A DNA stretch of 63,588 bases, the filler included, from Platydemus manokwari (Eukaryota), in the NCBI GenBank assembly GCA_037951405.1. It is 5 parts of 5 records of this genome, joined end to end, with 100 filler letters (N's around TTAATTAATTAA, not from the genome) between each part and the next. Parts side by side here need not be neighbours in the genome. Positions count along the whole stretch, not along the records: positions 25,744 to 41,926 come from JBBMOY011204765.1; 4 more parts are not named here. The stretch is one strand, 5' to 3'. How positions within the stretch are numbered: position 1 is the stretch's first letter; every line of letters begins with the position of its first letter. The notes below the pieces were generated by a model. That model had not been told where the DNA came from and did no database searches. It worked only from the letters and a program-made list of their open reading frames with translations. This document shows, in pieces, positions 25,850 to 40,730 of this stretch. The translations under genes were made by a program, and so were the position numbers.

Positions 25850-26600
25850 TGTTATTGGGAACATGAAAAAGATGCGATTTCCCAGTAGTTTGCTAAAAGA
25901 TATATTGAAAAAATGGTAAATACAAAACTTCGTATATATATAACAGATAAGTAATAAAAATTTGTAAAGTAGTACTATAATTAATATTATAGCATAAAAC
26001 TTCCAATCACCAATTTTTAAAGCAAGTCAAAGTTTTAGTAGTGAGTGAGAAAAATTGAGATTCGTTTGCCAAAAACAGATTTTTGTGATGATTTGTGTTA
26101 CGATACTAATAATGGTATTCACAGTGGATTTTAGAAACAGTAATCAAATTAGAAAAAACGAATTTCAGGAATAGGTTTTTTTATTCTTTCGACATGTTTT
26201 CCATTTTTCTTTGTAAAATGTCAAGGAAATAATACCAATTACTTTTCTAGAACAATGTCATAAATCATCATGTAATTTTCATCAGATAAGAAATGATTTG
26301 AAAATGTGAGAGTAGTATCTCTTCCTACAATTTAATTTCGCTCTCTTGAAAACGAATAGAGAATTACTTGAATCAAATTTCCTAGCCAATTTTCAACAAA
26401 AATATCGAAATATCTTCCTTTATAAGTAACTTCTATAAAATCTAACATGTCCGTCATTCACTTTAAAAGTAGGTAGGGCTTTCAAACCATTTATTACACG
26501 TTTCTGGGTAAAGAATTCAGGAGACATAGAAACAAATTGATAAAATAATCAGAGATGCGGAATTAGCAATTGTAAACACCCATAAGATTAACTACAATAG
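25850..26600 (+). mobile_element. Possible heavily decayed pogo/Tigger transposase remnant
   Basis: Broken frames give segments such as FENVRVVSLP, resembling the DDE_1 NV-x-V-x-FLP region. Many stops. Confidence 0.3.
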
Positions 26601-28619
26601 TGATATCTGATAAAATTTTATAAACAACGGATATGGAATTGTTTTTGATAATGATAGTTTAAAGATCGAATTGTCAACGATAACAATGCCAAGGACTTAG
26701 ACGTGATCGTTATGTTTATTATCACCAAAGTAAAACTTATGCAAATAAGCATAATTAAGTAATCTAGTAACATATCTTGCAGACATATGAATGGGCATTA
26801 ACAACCTTTATCAACAAGTCATGTTAAAGAACATATTCATCTTAATATCACTTTTGATTCTGAAGCTAAAATTATAACTTAATAGATAAACACGAAAAAT
26901 ATCTTTTCAGTGCTAGTATACATCAGATGATCAAATAAAAAATTTGTTTTAATTTTCAACTTTCATGAATTCTTTTCAACTATTTACTTTTGATTATTAA
27001 TTTCTATTATATAATTACACACAAAGATATATATATATCAAAAAGTTATATTAAACGATTGCAAAGCAATCACCTTGACTAATACAAATATAGGGCAGTA
27101 GTAAGTGTAGTCGGTGTTGAACACCATACTATCAAATACCCTCAAGTATAATGTACAATGAGTTAAATAGAAGTATAATCGAATTTTCGATGAGACATCG
27201 AAGAACATTAGAGCTTTTAAAGCACATAAGCAATTTAAAAACCCAAATAAAAATAATAATATGTCCATAAAATTTCCCATTTAACTCTTTTACAAATTTA
27301 TAAATTAAAAATTTTTAAAACTTCCGAAATAGTAAATTTAAAAATATCAAAAGCAAGAAAAACATAAATGCCAAATTTAACATTTAAAATTATTCAAGCT
27401 TTAAAAGCGCACGAAAAATTCAAATACATATGACAAATATAAATAATATTAATGTTAATGATGTTGAAAAATCTAAAATTTCATGTATCTATATAACTCA
27501 TACAATTAATAAAAGATCTCAACCAACTAAAAATATAATTCATCACATTAAGAAATAATCTTATGAAATTTCCGAAATTATAAATAAATATTCTAACATT
27601 AAATTTCGAATTAGTATTAAGAATTTTCCAGAAAATATCAACCATAAAACAAAGTAGAAAAGTTTATATTACAAAAACATTAAGTTCAAATCAAAAATAT
27701 AAAATTGAACAAGACAAATTTTATGAAAAACAATTTGAAGAAGCAATTGTAGATTTTCCTCAAGAATTAAATGATTATTTAAGGGAGGTCGTTTCAGGAA
27801 GTGATGGGAGAATATGTGAATTTGGAAACATAAAAATAAATATGTTTGAAAGGTACCATGAGCACTACCACTTAATTGCGAATTGAGCTGGATGATAATG
27901 GTAACTAGGACGACATTGTCTATCACAGAAAAAAGCCTGAGTCAATAATTCCAAACGAAGCACCAATCGGATAATCAGGATGGTGGGAACTCCACAAAAG
28001 ATTGGTTATTAATGAGAAGTTCGACCACGACTATGTATAATTTATTTCAACTTTTTGATTTATTTTTGATCATAATTGTCTCCAATGTTAACCTTAGCAA
28101 ATGTATATTCCTAAGTCCTTCTTTAATTTTTAATGAATATCAGTAATATTGGCTTATTCGTAATAATTAATAACACTTTGAAAATATTTTCTACTTTTAA
28201 TAAAAATAAAGTTAAAATAAAATCGGACTACACAAAATAATTTATAGACCTCTTAAAATAATAATAATAATAACGAAAACTAAAATTTACGGACAAAAAA
28301 TCATAATTTTTTAAGTGAGATAATTTACTATAGAAATTCTAAATTAACTTTTAGAATTTCTATAATTTATAGGATTATAGAAAGAAATAAAATAAATAAA
28401 TTGAATAAATTTTTTGAAAAATAAAAGTAATTTTAATTTCAAAGTATAAAATCAAAACAATTTTAAATTTCTTATGTAGAATTTCTACTTCTAAAAAAGT
28501 ATAAATAGACTGCAAAAATTAAAATTTGTCGCACACAAAATCTAAATGAGAATGACTTGAATTTAAAAAAAAGAAAAATTATAAGAGGATAATTTAAAGC
28601 TATTAATCCTAAAATAAAA

Positions 28620-30470
28620 CCCCCGTTCCTTTTTAAGACTCAAGCAGAAGGAGCAATGTGTTTTTAGCATAAGGGAATCTCAACTTATATGTCTGATTTA
28701 AATCCGGTAATTCAGTAGAGGTCTTTGTACTGGTATCTATTCTCCTTCCTTTTATAGAGATCTGCACAAACTAGCACCTTCTCTCCGATTTAAAAAATTT
28801 CATGTGTTCTTTTCCACCTGTCTCAGTTAGACATTGCGTTGGCTGCCACTTTAGAATTTTCCTTAGCTGCTGCTGAAATATCATTTCAAGTTTGATTCTT
28901 GAGACTCATATCAGTATGGAAATTGACCTTCCACCCGTAGATTATCTCAAAAGGCGAGAACTTCGTTGTTGATTGATATTATTTAAGTTATTTCACTATT
29001 TATAAATCTGAATGTCTTCTTTATTTCTGTATCTTAATGTTGTTCTTTCTGAATTTTCTCCGATTTAATTTGTATTAGGCTAAATATCTGATCGCATCAA
29101 ACTCGCGTCCTTATCGAGTACAAATATCCAAAATTTGTGCTTCACAGATTGCAAACTTTAAGTTCACTAGACTTGTTTGATATGTTTCTGACCATTGTAA
29201 TTTCTTGTTTCCACCATCGGTTGCGGAATATAATGGAGCCGTCATTAAAGCATAATCCTTGATAATTCGGCTGTAATACTTTGTCACCTTTTAAAAATGG
29301 TACACTCTGGAGTGGAGCATCTCGTATCAGTTCGATTTTGTTGCAATTAGTCTGTAGATCGTCATCCTGTTGCTGATTTTTTCCGTAAAAGAGTACAAAA
29401 TCCAAATTTACCACAACGCCCTAAAAGATCAATTCATCCAAAAGCTATGAATTAGTTCTTGAAAAGTTACTGGTTCTCTAGATAATCCAAACGGGAATCT
29501 GTTGAAACAGTATTAACCGGTTATTGTGTTAAAGCTGTGCATTCTTGGGACCTCGGAATTAGTTGTACTTGGTAATAAACCTGCCCAAACATTCTTCTGC
29601 TAAACATTCTAGAAGTGTTTGGATATTAGGCATGGGGAAACTAAATTTTTCTGTCACTCTGTTGAGTCATAGCTAATCCACACACATCCGAATAGACCTT
29701 TCTTGATCGTTTCCATTGTGTGTTTCTATCTTTCGTCATCTGCATATTTGTCGTTGCATTGTGATGAATCGATTATGGCCGCATCTTACAGCTGAATTCC
29801 GAATGCATTCATAATATCAACACCTCCAACTTTCTTCCAATAGTTATCGATCAGCACTGTGATAGACGCCTCTGAATTCCACAACATCTCTACTTCAGCT
29901 ACGTTGATCAACACTTTACTCCAAACTCTGGAGTCGTCCTTCTTAAACATCTCTTTACATCTAGTTCCATTTCTAATTCAACTCTAACCCATTTATTAAT
30001 TCAACCCCAACGACAAATGTACCAAACAGAGTTGTGGTTTTTTTGATTTTGTACCTCGTACATTACCGGGTCTTTGATTGAATCAAATCGACAGTTATAG
30101 TACAGTTTCTTGTCCATGTATTTCATTGAATACTAACCTCTCTCTCTACCTGAAGCAAGCTTCGGTTCTATCCGTGTTCTGATAGTATGTGATGGTTTAT
30201 AATTACTTGACGCGTTACTTTCTTTTTGAAATGGAAATTCCATCAGTTACTCTGTCCAATTTTTAGCGCTTGAGCATAGCTGTCTCTATGGATTGTACTG
30301 GCTGCCTGGGAATCTCTATGTAAACTCTGTTCTCGATTCTCGAAGACCTTTGAAGCATTGCCGCCTCAACCAACCTGTGAACTCTTATCTCAAAGGTGCC
30401 AAACCATTCGCTCGAGATTTCTTCATTTTTACGGTGTGAAACTTTTTCCTTTTTGGCAACTCCAATGAAC
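28620..30470 (-). mobile_element. Decayed, internally deleted Ty3/gypsy element
   Basis: Minus-strand remnants in gag-RT-IN order: RMCVD...FPMP and FNRFPFGL (RT), STTKFSPFEII (IN). Polypurine tract AAAAAGGAACGGGGG at 28620-28634. Confidence 0.65.
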
Positions 30471-31572
30471 TCATTTATTTGCTCTCCACTTATCCTATTA
30501 AAATCAATAGCTTTCAGAAATGCTAAATTACAATCATTTCGTTAGCTCCTAAAAGACATGCTTTTAACCGAACTAAATTTGTCTTTCTTATAATATATCT
30601 TCGTTTTACTGATAGTTTTATTTTTGAATTAATTCTTAACTGACTTGTTTAAATAAAATCATCACAGTTTCTGCATTAATTTCTAACGGTTTGGATATTG
30701 CACACATCATTATCAGTGACGTATGGTTCCATTTATTGTAGTGGAAATAATAATCTTTTTTTTAACTTTTTTTACTTTTTTTTACTTTAAATTCAATAAA
30801 ATTAGTTTCTTTTAGAAACGCTAAATTATAATACTGTGATTTTATGTTGTAAACTAATGCAGACTCACCAGTTTGGCAACTTATGCATTTTGAATTTTAC
30901 AAAAGTTGAGTTTGGATTCATCCTGTAAATTTAATCAAATGCACCTTCTATTTATCTTATTTTGGTGGAATATTCTTGGATTACTACAGCTTTGTCGATA
31001 ATTCATCATCTTCTACAGATACTCTGATCACAATAGATTCTCACACGATATGGCCTCCTTTCGCAGGCAGTCTAATTCCCTATATGAAAAACAATTCTGG
31101 TTATTGCCACCAGATATTTTCATTGGATCTGCTTCTTGACATTATATTGTATTGTAATTCTTTGCTTTCTTTATAGTGACTATCTACGTTTAATGTATGT
31201 CCAAACTGGCGTCCAAGCCGGATCATTTTCATTTAAGAAAATCGTAAGAATGAGTTCGTTTGTTGAAACACCAGTAACAAGTGCAGTAGCCTCCACTAAC
31301 AATATGTATGTCAAACTTTTCAGGTTATTGGTAACAAATAATATCTTTCAATAAATTTAATGATAATGGGTTTTTATTAACAAAAACATACAAATCAAAT
31401 GAAATCTTTAAATATTTAAAATATATAAAAGTAACATATTAAATGTCTTGGCAATGAAATCATTTTCATTCCGTTTTATCAACAAAAAATCATTAATTTA
31501 AAGATGCCAGTGAATTGTATGTGTCTTATTATAAGTCTTTAAAATAAAAGAGAAGAGTTATTTTAGTTCCTT

Positions 31573-32672
31573 TCAAACGCTCATATCAAATTTAACATCG
31601 AAATTCAGAGGTGCTCAAATAACTCCATTTGTTCCTTGAATTATTTTATTAAAATCTTCTTCATTTACGTTTTTATCAAATTGAACTTTGAATCTTTGTA
31701 AAATACTCGTTAGAAATACAAAAAACTCTATTCGAGCTAATGATTCACCGAGACATTGTCGCTTTCCAATACTAAATGGTACCAATTCATTTCGAGGTTT
31801 GTAGTTCATTTCATTATTAGCAGATTTTATTAGAAAGTGTTCTGGATAAAAATCAAACGGTTTTTCCCATAAATCTTTATCCCGTTGACAAGCATAAAGA
31901 TTAGGAAAAACAATGGAATCTTTCTGAATGAAATATCCATCTACCTCAGTATTTTCTAATGAGGTAAGGATAAAGAAACACCAGATGAAAATCTAAATAT
32001 TTCATCCATAACGGCTTGAGTGTAATGCAAGATTTCTTATCTGAAATATTTGGCATTCTATTTGATACAATCACATCAATTAATTCGTGATAAACTTTAT
32101 CTTGAACATCTTGGTATTTGGCCATTATCAGCATGCTCCACGTTAATGTAGTTAATGTTGTTTCATAAGCACCAATAAATAATTCAAGTACTACTCTTAT
32201 CAATTGCAATTCGGTAAATTGTCTTTCTCTAATTGGCATTGTTTTTTAAGAAATATATCAATGAGATCTTCACCTTCATTTTCAATATCAAATCTAGCTT
32301 TGTGATCATTTATAATTTCTCTCATGTAACTGTGAGGAAAATCAAATTCTTGTAATTTTCCAGCATGCCAGAATAGAAATTTAGATAGTGTAGGCAAACT
32401 TTTAAAAATTGGATACATTGCTAGTGCAGTTTCCACAAAGCTATTATTTTGTGCAAAATTTTCCAAGATATCTGTGAGTGTTTTGAATTCGTTTTGTTCT
32501 CGTTCAAATCTCATGTTTGTTACTAATTTTGCATTGACATTTATCATAAATTTTGGAAAGAAATGTTTCGTACTTACCACTTTTTCACTCGATTCTTCAA
32601 TTTCTCTCAACATCATTGAACATTCATGACTGACAATTTCAGCGGAACGTTGTTTACCCAAACCAAAATCCT
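31573..32672 (-). pseudogene. Cytochrome P450 pseudogene, tandem duplicate of 37399-38934
   Basis: High DNA identity to the intact CYP and retains FSIGKRQCLG. Has frameshifts, an internal deletion near 32220 and a premature TGA at 31615, and is 5'-truncated at 32672. Its 3' flank (~31370-31560) is also homologous to ~37200-37390. Confidence 0.9.
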
Positions 32673-33065
32673 AAATTTCATTATTTGAAAATGAAATCAA
32701 AGTATTTTGAATTGGAATTTACTGAAAATTAGCGATAATCCTTTTTAACCTTAGAAGCAAATTGAGAGATATTCTCAATTTTTACAATTATTTTATAAAA
32801 ATAGGCAATGATATTATTAAACATGTCTGTAATTAACTAACTCGTTTTATAATTATAAAAATTTAAATTTAAAAAATCAAATAACCATGTAGAAGTGTTG
32901 TGATTAAAATGTGAATTTGGTTTTATAATTATGTTTTGTCAGTATTAGATATCTTAAAAAATGAGATATTAACTGAATTATGCGAATAAATTAAACATAG
33001 CAGTTATATATAAAATTAAGTTATAAAATTATCTCATTCCAGAAAATGCATTATAACGAAAGTAG
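32673..33065 (+). repeat. ~390-bp dispersed repeat, inverted copy of 41383-41740
   Basis: Shared blocks such as ttattaaacatgtctgtaattaactaactcg and atcttaaaaaatgagatattaact. Confidence 0.8.
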
Positions 33066-36000
33066 GTAAAAATATGTATATATGACTTTAGGGTAGAAGA
33101 ATCAAATATTTTTCACAAGGATTAAGTTAAATAATGAACTAGTTCATGCAATTATTAATTCAATTATCATCAAACATAACCATAATATAAATAGATTTTC
33201 TCACTCAAGAGAAAGAAGAAAGTATAAAAATTAGCAATATAGACCCCACAAATGGTAGTGCTGGGTCTACCTGCTGTATTGCGCAACAAATAATCGTTAG
33301 ATCCTACCTATCTGACTCCAAAAAGATAGTGTTTAACCACTAAGGTTTATTTTTATACAAAATCTAAAATCGCTTGATTACATCACATAAAATTTAAAAC
33401 ACAATCAAAGGTCCAACCTTTAAATTCAGGTAATAACAATCACGGGTCTATGGTGCGCTCACAAATTTGATTTGAATCAAGACCTGAAAAAATATTAAGC
33501 AAGTCAAGATCGCTACCGACTTATTACATAACGCGAATTACTTAACTTACCTGACTAACAAAGTAACTACTTTTAAGTTAACTAATGACTATTTTTCTAG
33601 GGCTAATCAACGCGGAGAACAACATGGAAGCATTCTCGAGGACGAAAATGGAACGCTTGACTATGCCTTTTGGACTAAGTCCCACTTTAGAGAGAAGTTA
33701 CGGCAAATCCGGAATTACCTCTATCATTTAGAATAAAAATGTTGCAACTGGGAAGCAACTTTGAGACCAACTCTGATGGATTACTGGATCAACATTCATT
33801 CAAGCAATACCCACTAGTGGGCACCCAAAAATACACCATCTGGGAAATAAATCTTAGTTTTTTCCCTACTCCTGTCCTTAACTACATACAAGCGGGGGAG
33901 GCAAACAGTTAAAGACGACCTACACTAACGTTTCTGAATTAATTGATTTATTTTCAACAGTAGCGATGACATAATTGAACAATATTATTTTTCATTTCCA
34001 CATAAATTTAAAACTTCACAGCTATCCATCACTGCAGTCTAAACTGTTCTCTAAATTTACTTAAAACGCATCATACAAAACTCCAATTTTATTATCTCAT
34101 GTTTCAATTTTTCAATACTCTCATCGACAGTAATATATTCTCAATTACTGGAAATACTTTCATTTTTCCATCTAAACAATTTATTTAGTTCAATTATTAG
34201 ATTATACTCTCTTTCACATCTTATTCTTTCAATCCATCGCACTACCTTGTTATTCACCGTCGATATTTCTGATTTCCATTGAGCTTGACATTAAAATTCT
34301 TGCAAATTGATTCTGAATTGATCGTCTTGAAAACATATATGTTTTGGTGAAATCATCTTGTGAAATGCCAAATATTACCACAAGAGAAGTATATAATGTC
34401 CCCTTGTTTGTTACCAATATCTTATTGCGGTAGTTTCGAGAAGATTCCTGTTTAACAGTGTCTCGCACGAGGGCTAATTTTACCGCATGACAAGAGTGAT
34501 ATGTTGTCCCTAACCTTAACCCAGGTAGTCTTTTTTGAAACTTTAAAATCAAATTCTGAAGGAATTTTAGGCATCTCTCAGCTTCAATGGTCTGGCGGTT
34601 CCTATAAAACTCTCTTTCTTTTGTTTTATAGATAATACTGACTTAACAATAGATCTATGACAGTGTAGGGAACTTTTTTGCATTTATTACTCTTATATAC
34701 TAATTACTGATATTTTCTTACCTTCTCCTTTTGGTATTATTTCAATTCCGACAAGTATATTCCTTCTGTTGGTATTGATAATTAATGATTAAATCATTCT
34801 TTTGAATGTTCTCTATAATACTGTGCGATTCGAGTTATTGCGTTCTTAGTCATTTTTATACACCTTAAATTTTACATTAGTATTTAACGAGATGTTTTCT
34901 ATTCCTTGTGATATATTTCACCATTCCTTTTCAAAAATTGTACTTTTTGATTGAAAGCAAATAAATTCTTTAATCATAACTGATTTCATCTTGTGTCGTC
35001 AAAATTTTTTCGGTGAATCCATTGTAATAAGAAATTTTGGTATATTCTAATTTTTCTCAGAGACACAATTGCAAATTTGGGGATCCCCTGAATAGTTCTT
35101 GAAATGCGTGGTGTTTTTGTTCAGTCTTTCAACTCGCATAACATTTCAAAATTACTATGATATCAAAAACTAATAACCACTCCAAGTAGTTGTATCGAGT
35201 ATTTTAATCTCAATTCCCAATATTTTTCTACTATAAATTTTTAAAAGAATTTTGTGAGTATTTAGAACATAAAGTTGCGATGCCTTTCTAATCTTTTACT
35301 TTAGCTGATCATAGGCTCACAGGTGTTTCCCATTTAGGCATGAACTGCTTTCAAATAATAAGCAAATCTAATCTTTTCCAAGTCAATATATATGATATGC
35401 AACTTCTAATTGTGGTGAACTCTTAGTAGCATTTTTATAAACAGTTGATTTGATTTGTTCAGTATTTACCTGCATTGCTTGAACTTCACCAACTTCCCAA
35501 AAAAAAGAAACATTACTTTAGTTTTTTAATTTTAACTGTCAAATTCATCTCATTTTATAATGGCAACTAATGATTGGATTATGGTGACTGTGATTTCATT
35601 TCTTATTACACTCTCTCTCTTGTTTCGGTGCGTTTATTAGAAGGCATTCCATATTTGTGGATTTGGCTCGCTATAGGAAGCTTTCTCCCGAAATTTAAGT
35701 AGCTGATTCAGAATAAATTATTGCATAAACCTTATTGTATTTTACTTTTATCATCACTGCAAGAGACTTCATTTTTCAAATTTGTCATATGCAGATGAAA
35801 CCAAATTTAATTTTTCACATACTAATTTGTCATATGCACAATTTTTGGTTGCAGCATATTTTAAATGGATCTCATTTATTTTAATTTATTTGTTTTTGAA
35901 AGTTGATGAAGTAAATAAATCTCATATATTTATTTTCTCCTTCATCATGGGTTCTATTTGAAGTAGAGTTCTAATAGTAGAATTACTTTTTATTAATTTG

Positions 36001-37398
36001 TTTCAAATAATCGGGTTTCTCTTCTCCACTTTTATGGAGTTTTTAAATTCTTTATAATTAATAAGTTTCACCGAAATTTACATTGACAGCTCTATAACAG
36101 CTCTCATACCATGTCCAAATATACTGCACTTCTTTCGGTTCTTTATTTTACGACGCATTTTGCCTGAAATTACTTTATTTTCCATTTATCTGAGAATAAT
36201 ATGAAATGCTTTATTATCTATAGTTATTTGGGTGATATCAGATTTACATACATTTAAGTAATTTAATCAGTTATTGCTGTCTCTGTGATGAAATTAATCG
36301 TGGAAAGTCGAGAATCCATGAATATCACATTTGATTGGTTTTTTTAATTTTTACATTTTACTAATACCCAATGAAACTGAAGGTGGTGAAGCAGGTCTGT
36401 CGATTTTAATTATTTTCGTTCTTATTGCGTTAAATTAAGGTTGTTAATAAGTTGAAGTGCAATTTATTTCAAATTTAATTGATATTTTGTTAACTCATTA
36501 AGGTTTGATATATGGACCAAACTGAGAGCTCGCTTGTTATTACTATAAATAATTTTCAAGAATGATTTCTTCAGTTGTTTATGTCTAAAATATTTCTAGA
36601 CTCATATCGAATGATCAAATGGTAAATCTTAAATTAAATATTTTAGTTTTTGTTTTCTCAAAAGAGAATTTTTTAGCACTGATAACCTTATCTGAGAAAC
36701 AATCTTTTATTCTTACCCATTAAAACATGTTTCGACCATATATTTAGTATTATACTTCAATTATTGCTTCTCTATGAACATTGATTAATCATCGAGTTGA
36801 TATGGTTTATTCAGGCCACCCGGAGAGTCTCTAAACCCAACAATAAAATTTTATGTTAAAAAATACTTAATTATGTCATATTACTGTCGATTTTTCAAAA
36901 GCAACATTAGTAGAAAATTCAAAGAATAATACTAATCTTCCGAAAATCAGCAATTTAATACACGTCTTCATTTCGAAATATGGCATATCCAATTTTCAAT
37001 AAAAATTTTTTAAAATTTATTTTGCTTGATAAAATTATACTTCACTGATTTGTTCATTATAAACAGTAATCTAAAAAACAATCATCTTAGTTGATAATGG
37101 TCTTATGAGTAGATTATAAAAAATCGAAAATTTTTGTCACAAAACACAATCATAATATAATGAAAACCTTTTTCTTCTGTTTAATAATCAGATATCGATT
37201 TATTTGCAAAAACCCATTTCAAAATCATACAAATTAAATGAAAACTATAAATATAAATATAATTAATTATATAAGCCATGAAATCACATTTATGCCATTC
37301 CATAAACAAATAATCATCAATTTAATAATAAAATGGTGACTGAAATGTGTGCTATTATAAATCTTTAAATTAAAATCGAAATGTTATTTAAACTTTCA

Positions 37399-38934
37399 TC
37401 AAACTCTTATTTCAAAAATAAGATCAAAACTCAAAGGTGCTCTAATAATACCTTGTGTTCCTTGAATCATTTTTAAAAAATCTTCTTCGTTCATGATTTT
37501 ATCAAATCTAACTTTGAATCTTTGTAAAATACTCGTTAGAAATACGAAGAACTCCATCCGAGCTAATGCCTCTCCAAGACATTGTCGTTTACCAATACCA
37601 AATGGTACCAATTCATTTCGAGGTTTGTATTTTATTCCATTATTATCCGAATGTATTAGAAAGTGTTCTGGATAAAAGTCAAACGGTTTCTGCCATACAT
37701 CTTTATCTCGATGACAAGCATAAAGATTTGGAAAAACGATAGAATCTTTCGGAATGAAATATCCATCTACTTCTGTGTTTTCAAAAACTTGATGAGGTAG
37801 GGCCAAAGGAGCCACAGATGAGAATCTAAATATTTCATCCATAACGGCTTGAGTGTAATGTAAAAATTTCTTATCTAACAAATTCGGCATTCTATTGGGC
37901 CCAATCACATCAAGTAATTCTTGATAAACTTTATCTTGAACATCTTGATGTTTGGCCATTAACAACATGCTCCACGTTAATGTAGTTGATGTTGTTTCAT
38001 AACCAGCTATAAACAATTCAAACATCACTCTTATCAATTGCCATTCGGTAAATGTATGATCTTTAACATTATCTTTCTCTAATTGGTATTGTTCTTTGAG
38101 AAATATATCGATTAGATCCTCTCCTTCATTTTCAATATCAAATCTAGATTTGTGATCATTTATAATTTCTTTCATGTAATTGTGAGGAAAATCAAATTCT
38201 TGTAATTTTCCAACACACCAGAATAGAAATTTAGATAGTGTAGGCAATCTTTCAAATATTGGATACATAGCTAGTGCAGTTTCCACGAAGCTATTATTCT
38301 GTGCAAAATTTTCCAAGATATTTGTTAGTGCTTTGAATTCTTTTTGTTCTCGTTCAAATCTCATGTTTGTTACTAATCTTGCAATGACATTTACCATAAA
38401 TTTTGGAAAGAAATGTTTCGTACTTACCACTTTTTCACTCGATTCTTCGATTTCTCTCAACATAATTGAGCATTCGTGACTGACAATTTCAGCGGAACGT
38501 TGTTTACCCAAACCAAAATCCTTGAGAACTTTTAATGCGAAACTTCGTTGAGTGGCCCACAATTCTTTGTCTGTGAATAAGATTCCTGAGTTATGTATTA
38601 CCAGTCGATATAAAATCGTTATCCATCGACCGGAAAAGATGTTTCCTTGATCTTTCAGAGTTTTGGAAAGAACCTTGTTTGAATTCAAAACAATAATTTC
38701 TCGAAGACCCATTTTAAATGAAAATATTGGCCCATATTTTTTACATGCTTTGAAAAGAAATATACACAGTAGTTCACGGATTGATAGAAGATTTCCAACA
38801 ATTGGCCAACCTTCAAATATAGGTAGTGATTTCAAACCATTCGGAATATGTTTCTTGGTAAAGAATTTATTATATGCATAAATGCCAATGATTAATATAA
38901 TCAGGATTATCGAATTAACATTTGTTATGATCAT
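37399..38934 (-). CDS. Intronless cytochrome P450 (CYP2 clan), 511 aa
   Basis: N-terminal TM anchor, WPIVGNL hinge, WxxxR (WATQR), I-helix AGYETT, K-helix EIFR, FYPEHF and heme motif FGIGKRQCLG. Confidence 0.96.
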   Translation of the reverse strand: MIITNVNSIILIILIIGIYAYNKFFTKKHIPNGLKSLPIFEGWPIVGNLLSIRELLCIFLFKACKKYGPIFSFKMGLREIIVLNSNKVLSKTLKDQGNIFSGRWITILYRLVIHNSGILFTDKELWATQRSFALKVLKDFGLGKQRSAEIVSHECSIMLREIEESSEKVVSTKHFFPKFMVNVIARLVTNMRFEREQKEFKALTNILENFAQNNSFVETALAMYPIFERLPTLSKFLFWCVGKLQEFDFPHNYMKEIINDHKSRFDIENEGEDLIDIFLKEQYQLEKDNVKDHTFTEWQLIRVMFELFIAGYETTSTTLTWSMLLMAKHQDVQDKVYQELLDVIGPNRMPNLLDKKFLHYTQAVMDEIFRFSSVAPLALPHQVFENTEVDGYFIPKDSIVFPNLYACHRDKDVWQKPFDFYPEHFLIHSDNNGIKYKPRNELVPFGIGKRQCLGEALARMEFFVFLTSILQRFKVRFDKIMNEEDFLKMIQGTQGIIRAPLSFDLIFEIRV

Positions 38935-39979
38935 GACATGTACTTCATAAGAAAAATTTGATTAATTCTGTTAAATAATGCTGTTTAAATCACAACTTAA
39001 GCATCAACTTCAATGATCTAATCTAGATTATATTGTTTATTATAGCTATTGTAAATCTAATACAATAAAATGTGTGTATGATTAATAAATTCATTTAACA
39101 TCAACGTTGTTTAACCAAGGAATATAGAGAAATATCAGAAATACTTGTGATTTTAATAATTAACAATAAATTATTTTTTTAATTTATTTTAATGATAACT
39201 CATTTGCTAATAAAGTTAAAATAAATATTTAACACAATTGAATGAAGAAAATATCATTTCATAAATATTATATATAAACTATATATAACAACAAATTTGT
39301 TTTAATTATAAAATCTTTCTGAATTATATATTACTTAATAACTTTTACAATTTTATTAAATTTCAAGTTTGTTCATAAAAATTATTAGCAATTGTTTTTC
39401 GGTTCAATAAATGATATTTTATTCCTAATATAAATGCCATTTGAAGCTCTTTAAATTTTTGATTTTCGTATCTAAACAATAATTTATTGTTTAAAATTAA
39501 AAAACTCTGATATCTCTTTACAGAAAACGAATATTTTGAACATATCTCAATTCACAAGGACAAAATTAATTTAAAAATATTATTTGTCATTGGTTATTAG
39601 CATTGATTTTTCCCCATCTATTTAATTTCCTGAATACAGGACTATTACTGTACCCGTGTGTGTCCATCTAATTTCTGAGCCAGATAAATAGTTGTCCTTG
39701 TTCAGTAATTCCAATACGTTAATTTCTTTTGGGTATTTTGTTCCACGTGTATTCCCGAATTCGCTTGCATTTTTTAATTTGTTTCTCCATAATATTGATG
39801 ACGATGGCTCTTCGATAATAATATCAGTTTTCCTGTATTGGTACACAACGTAACATTCATAATTTTTGAAGATTCACTTTCCATACTTTGGTCGTTGAAT
39901 ATTCTGGTTTTCCATGGATCCGAAATATTTTATGAAACAGGTAAAAATTAAAATTTGATCACTTATGATAATAATTCCT

Positions 39980-40730
39980 GACAATTCTAACTTGCTTACT
40001 ACTGGAAAACTTGTAGACACGAGTTTAATTTATTCAACAATGACAGTTACTAGTTTTGTTCATCCAACATTACAGAATACAATTAATACTTGTTTGGTAT
40101 TGTTCTTTGAGTTTTTAAATTTCAAAAGACAACTCTATGGATTTATACTGATTTTCATTTAAGTCATCACCACATATATGACATAATTCTGACGAAATAA
40201 TTATGTTAACAATGAGATTTAAAAGTTATTTGGTACATATTTAAACCGACTTGATAAGTTATGTTTCACTCAATATCTATCAAATAGCTGAAGAAAATGG
40301 AAAGAGTTGGGCGGTATTTTGTGTTATTTCAATAATATTTCATGTTCACTAAGTTATTGGTTGAAAATATTGAATATCATTATTGCATGAACTGATCTTT
40401 TGTATGAAGTTAGTAGTTGAACCCTATTTGTCTGTTGGTTGCAGTAGAATGATTAAAATAGATCCAAATAAGAAATTGATCTAAAAAAATTTGTAAAAAT
40501 ATTTGAAAAAAGAACAATACTTTGTAACATAATACAATACCATCCAATATTTACTGGTTTTAACACATCCTTCTAATAGATTTGAACGCATATTATCCCA
40601 TTTCAATTAATAGTCTGACATCCTGATGAATTATTCATTTTAACATTTATTTAAGTTTGTTTGCGGAGATATAATATTTATTTACCTTTTATTTGACACT
40701 ATTTGAAAGCTTCAGATACATTAAACATAT
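39980..40730 (-). pseudogene. Possible decayed spliced RING-finger gene
   Basis: Minus strand gives LCHICGDDL...CIL*CWMNKTSNCHC (RING-like spacing) and exon-like blocks with GT/AG ends, but with many in-frame stops. Confidence 0.3.

Noticed and set aside
33420-36250. Scraps resembling retroelement sequence (purine tract near 33891; NFNVKL near 34290)
   Set aside because: Too decayed to assign a class or boundaries without a profile search.
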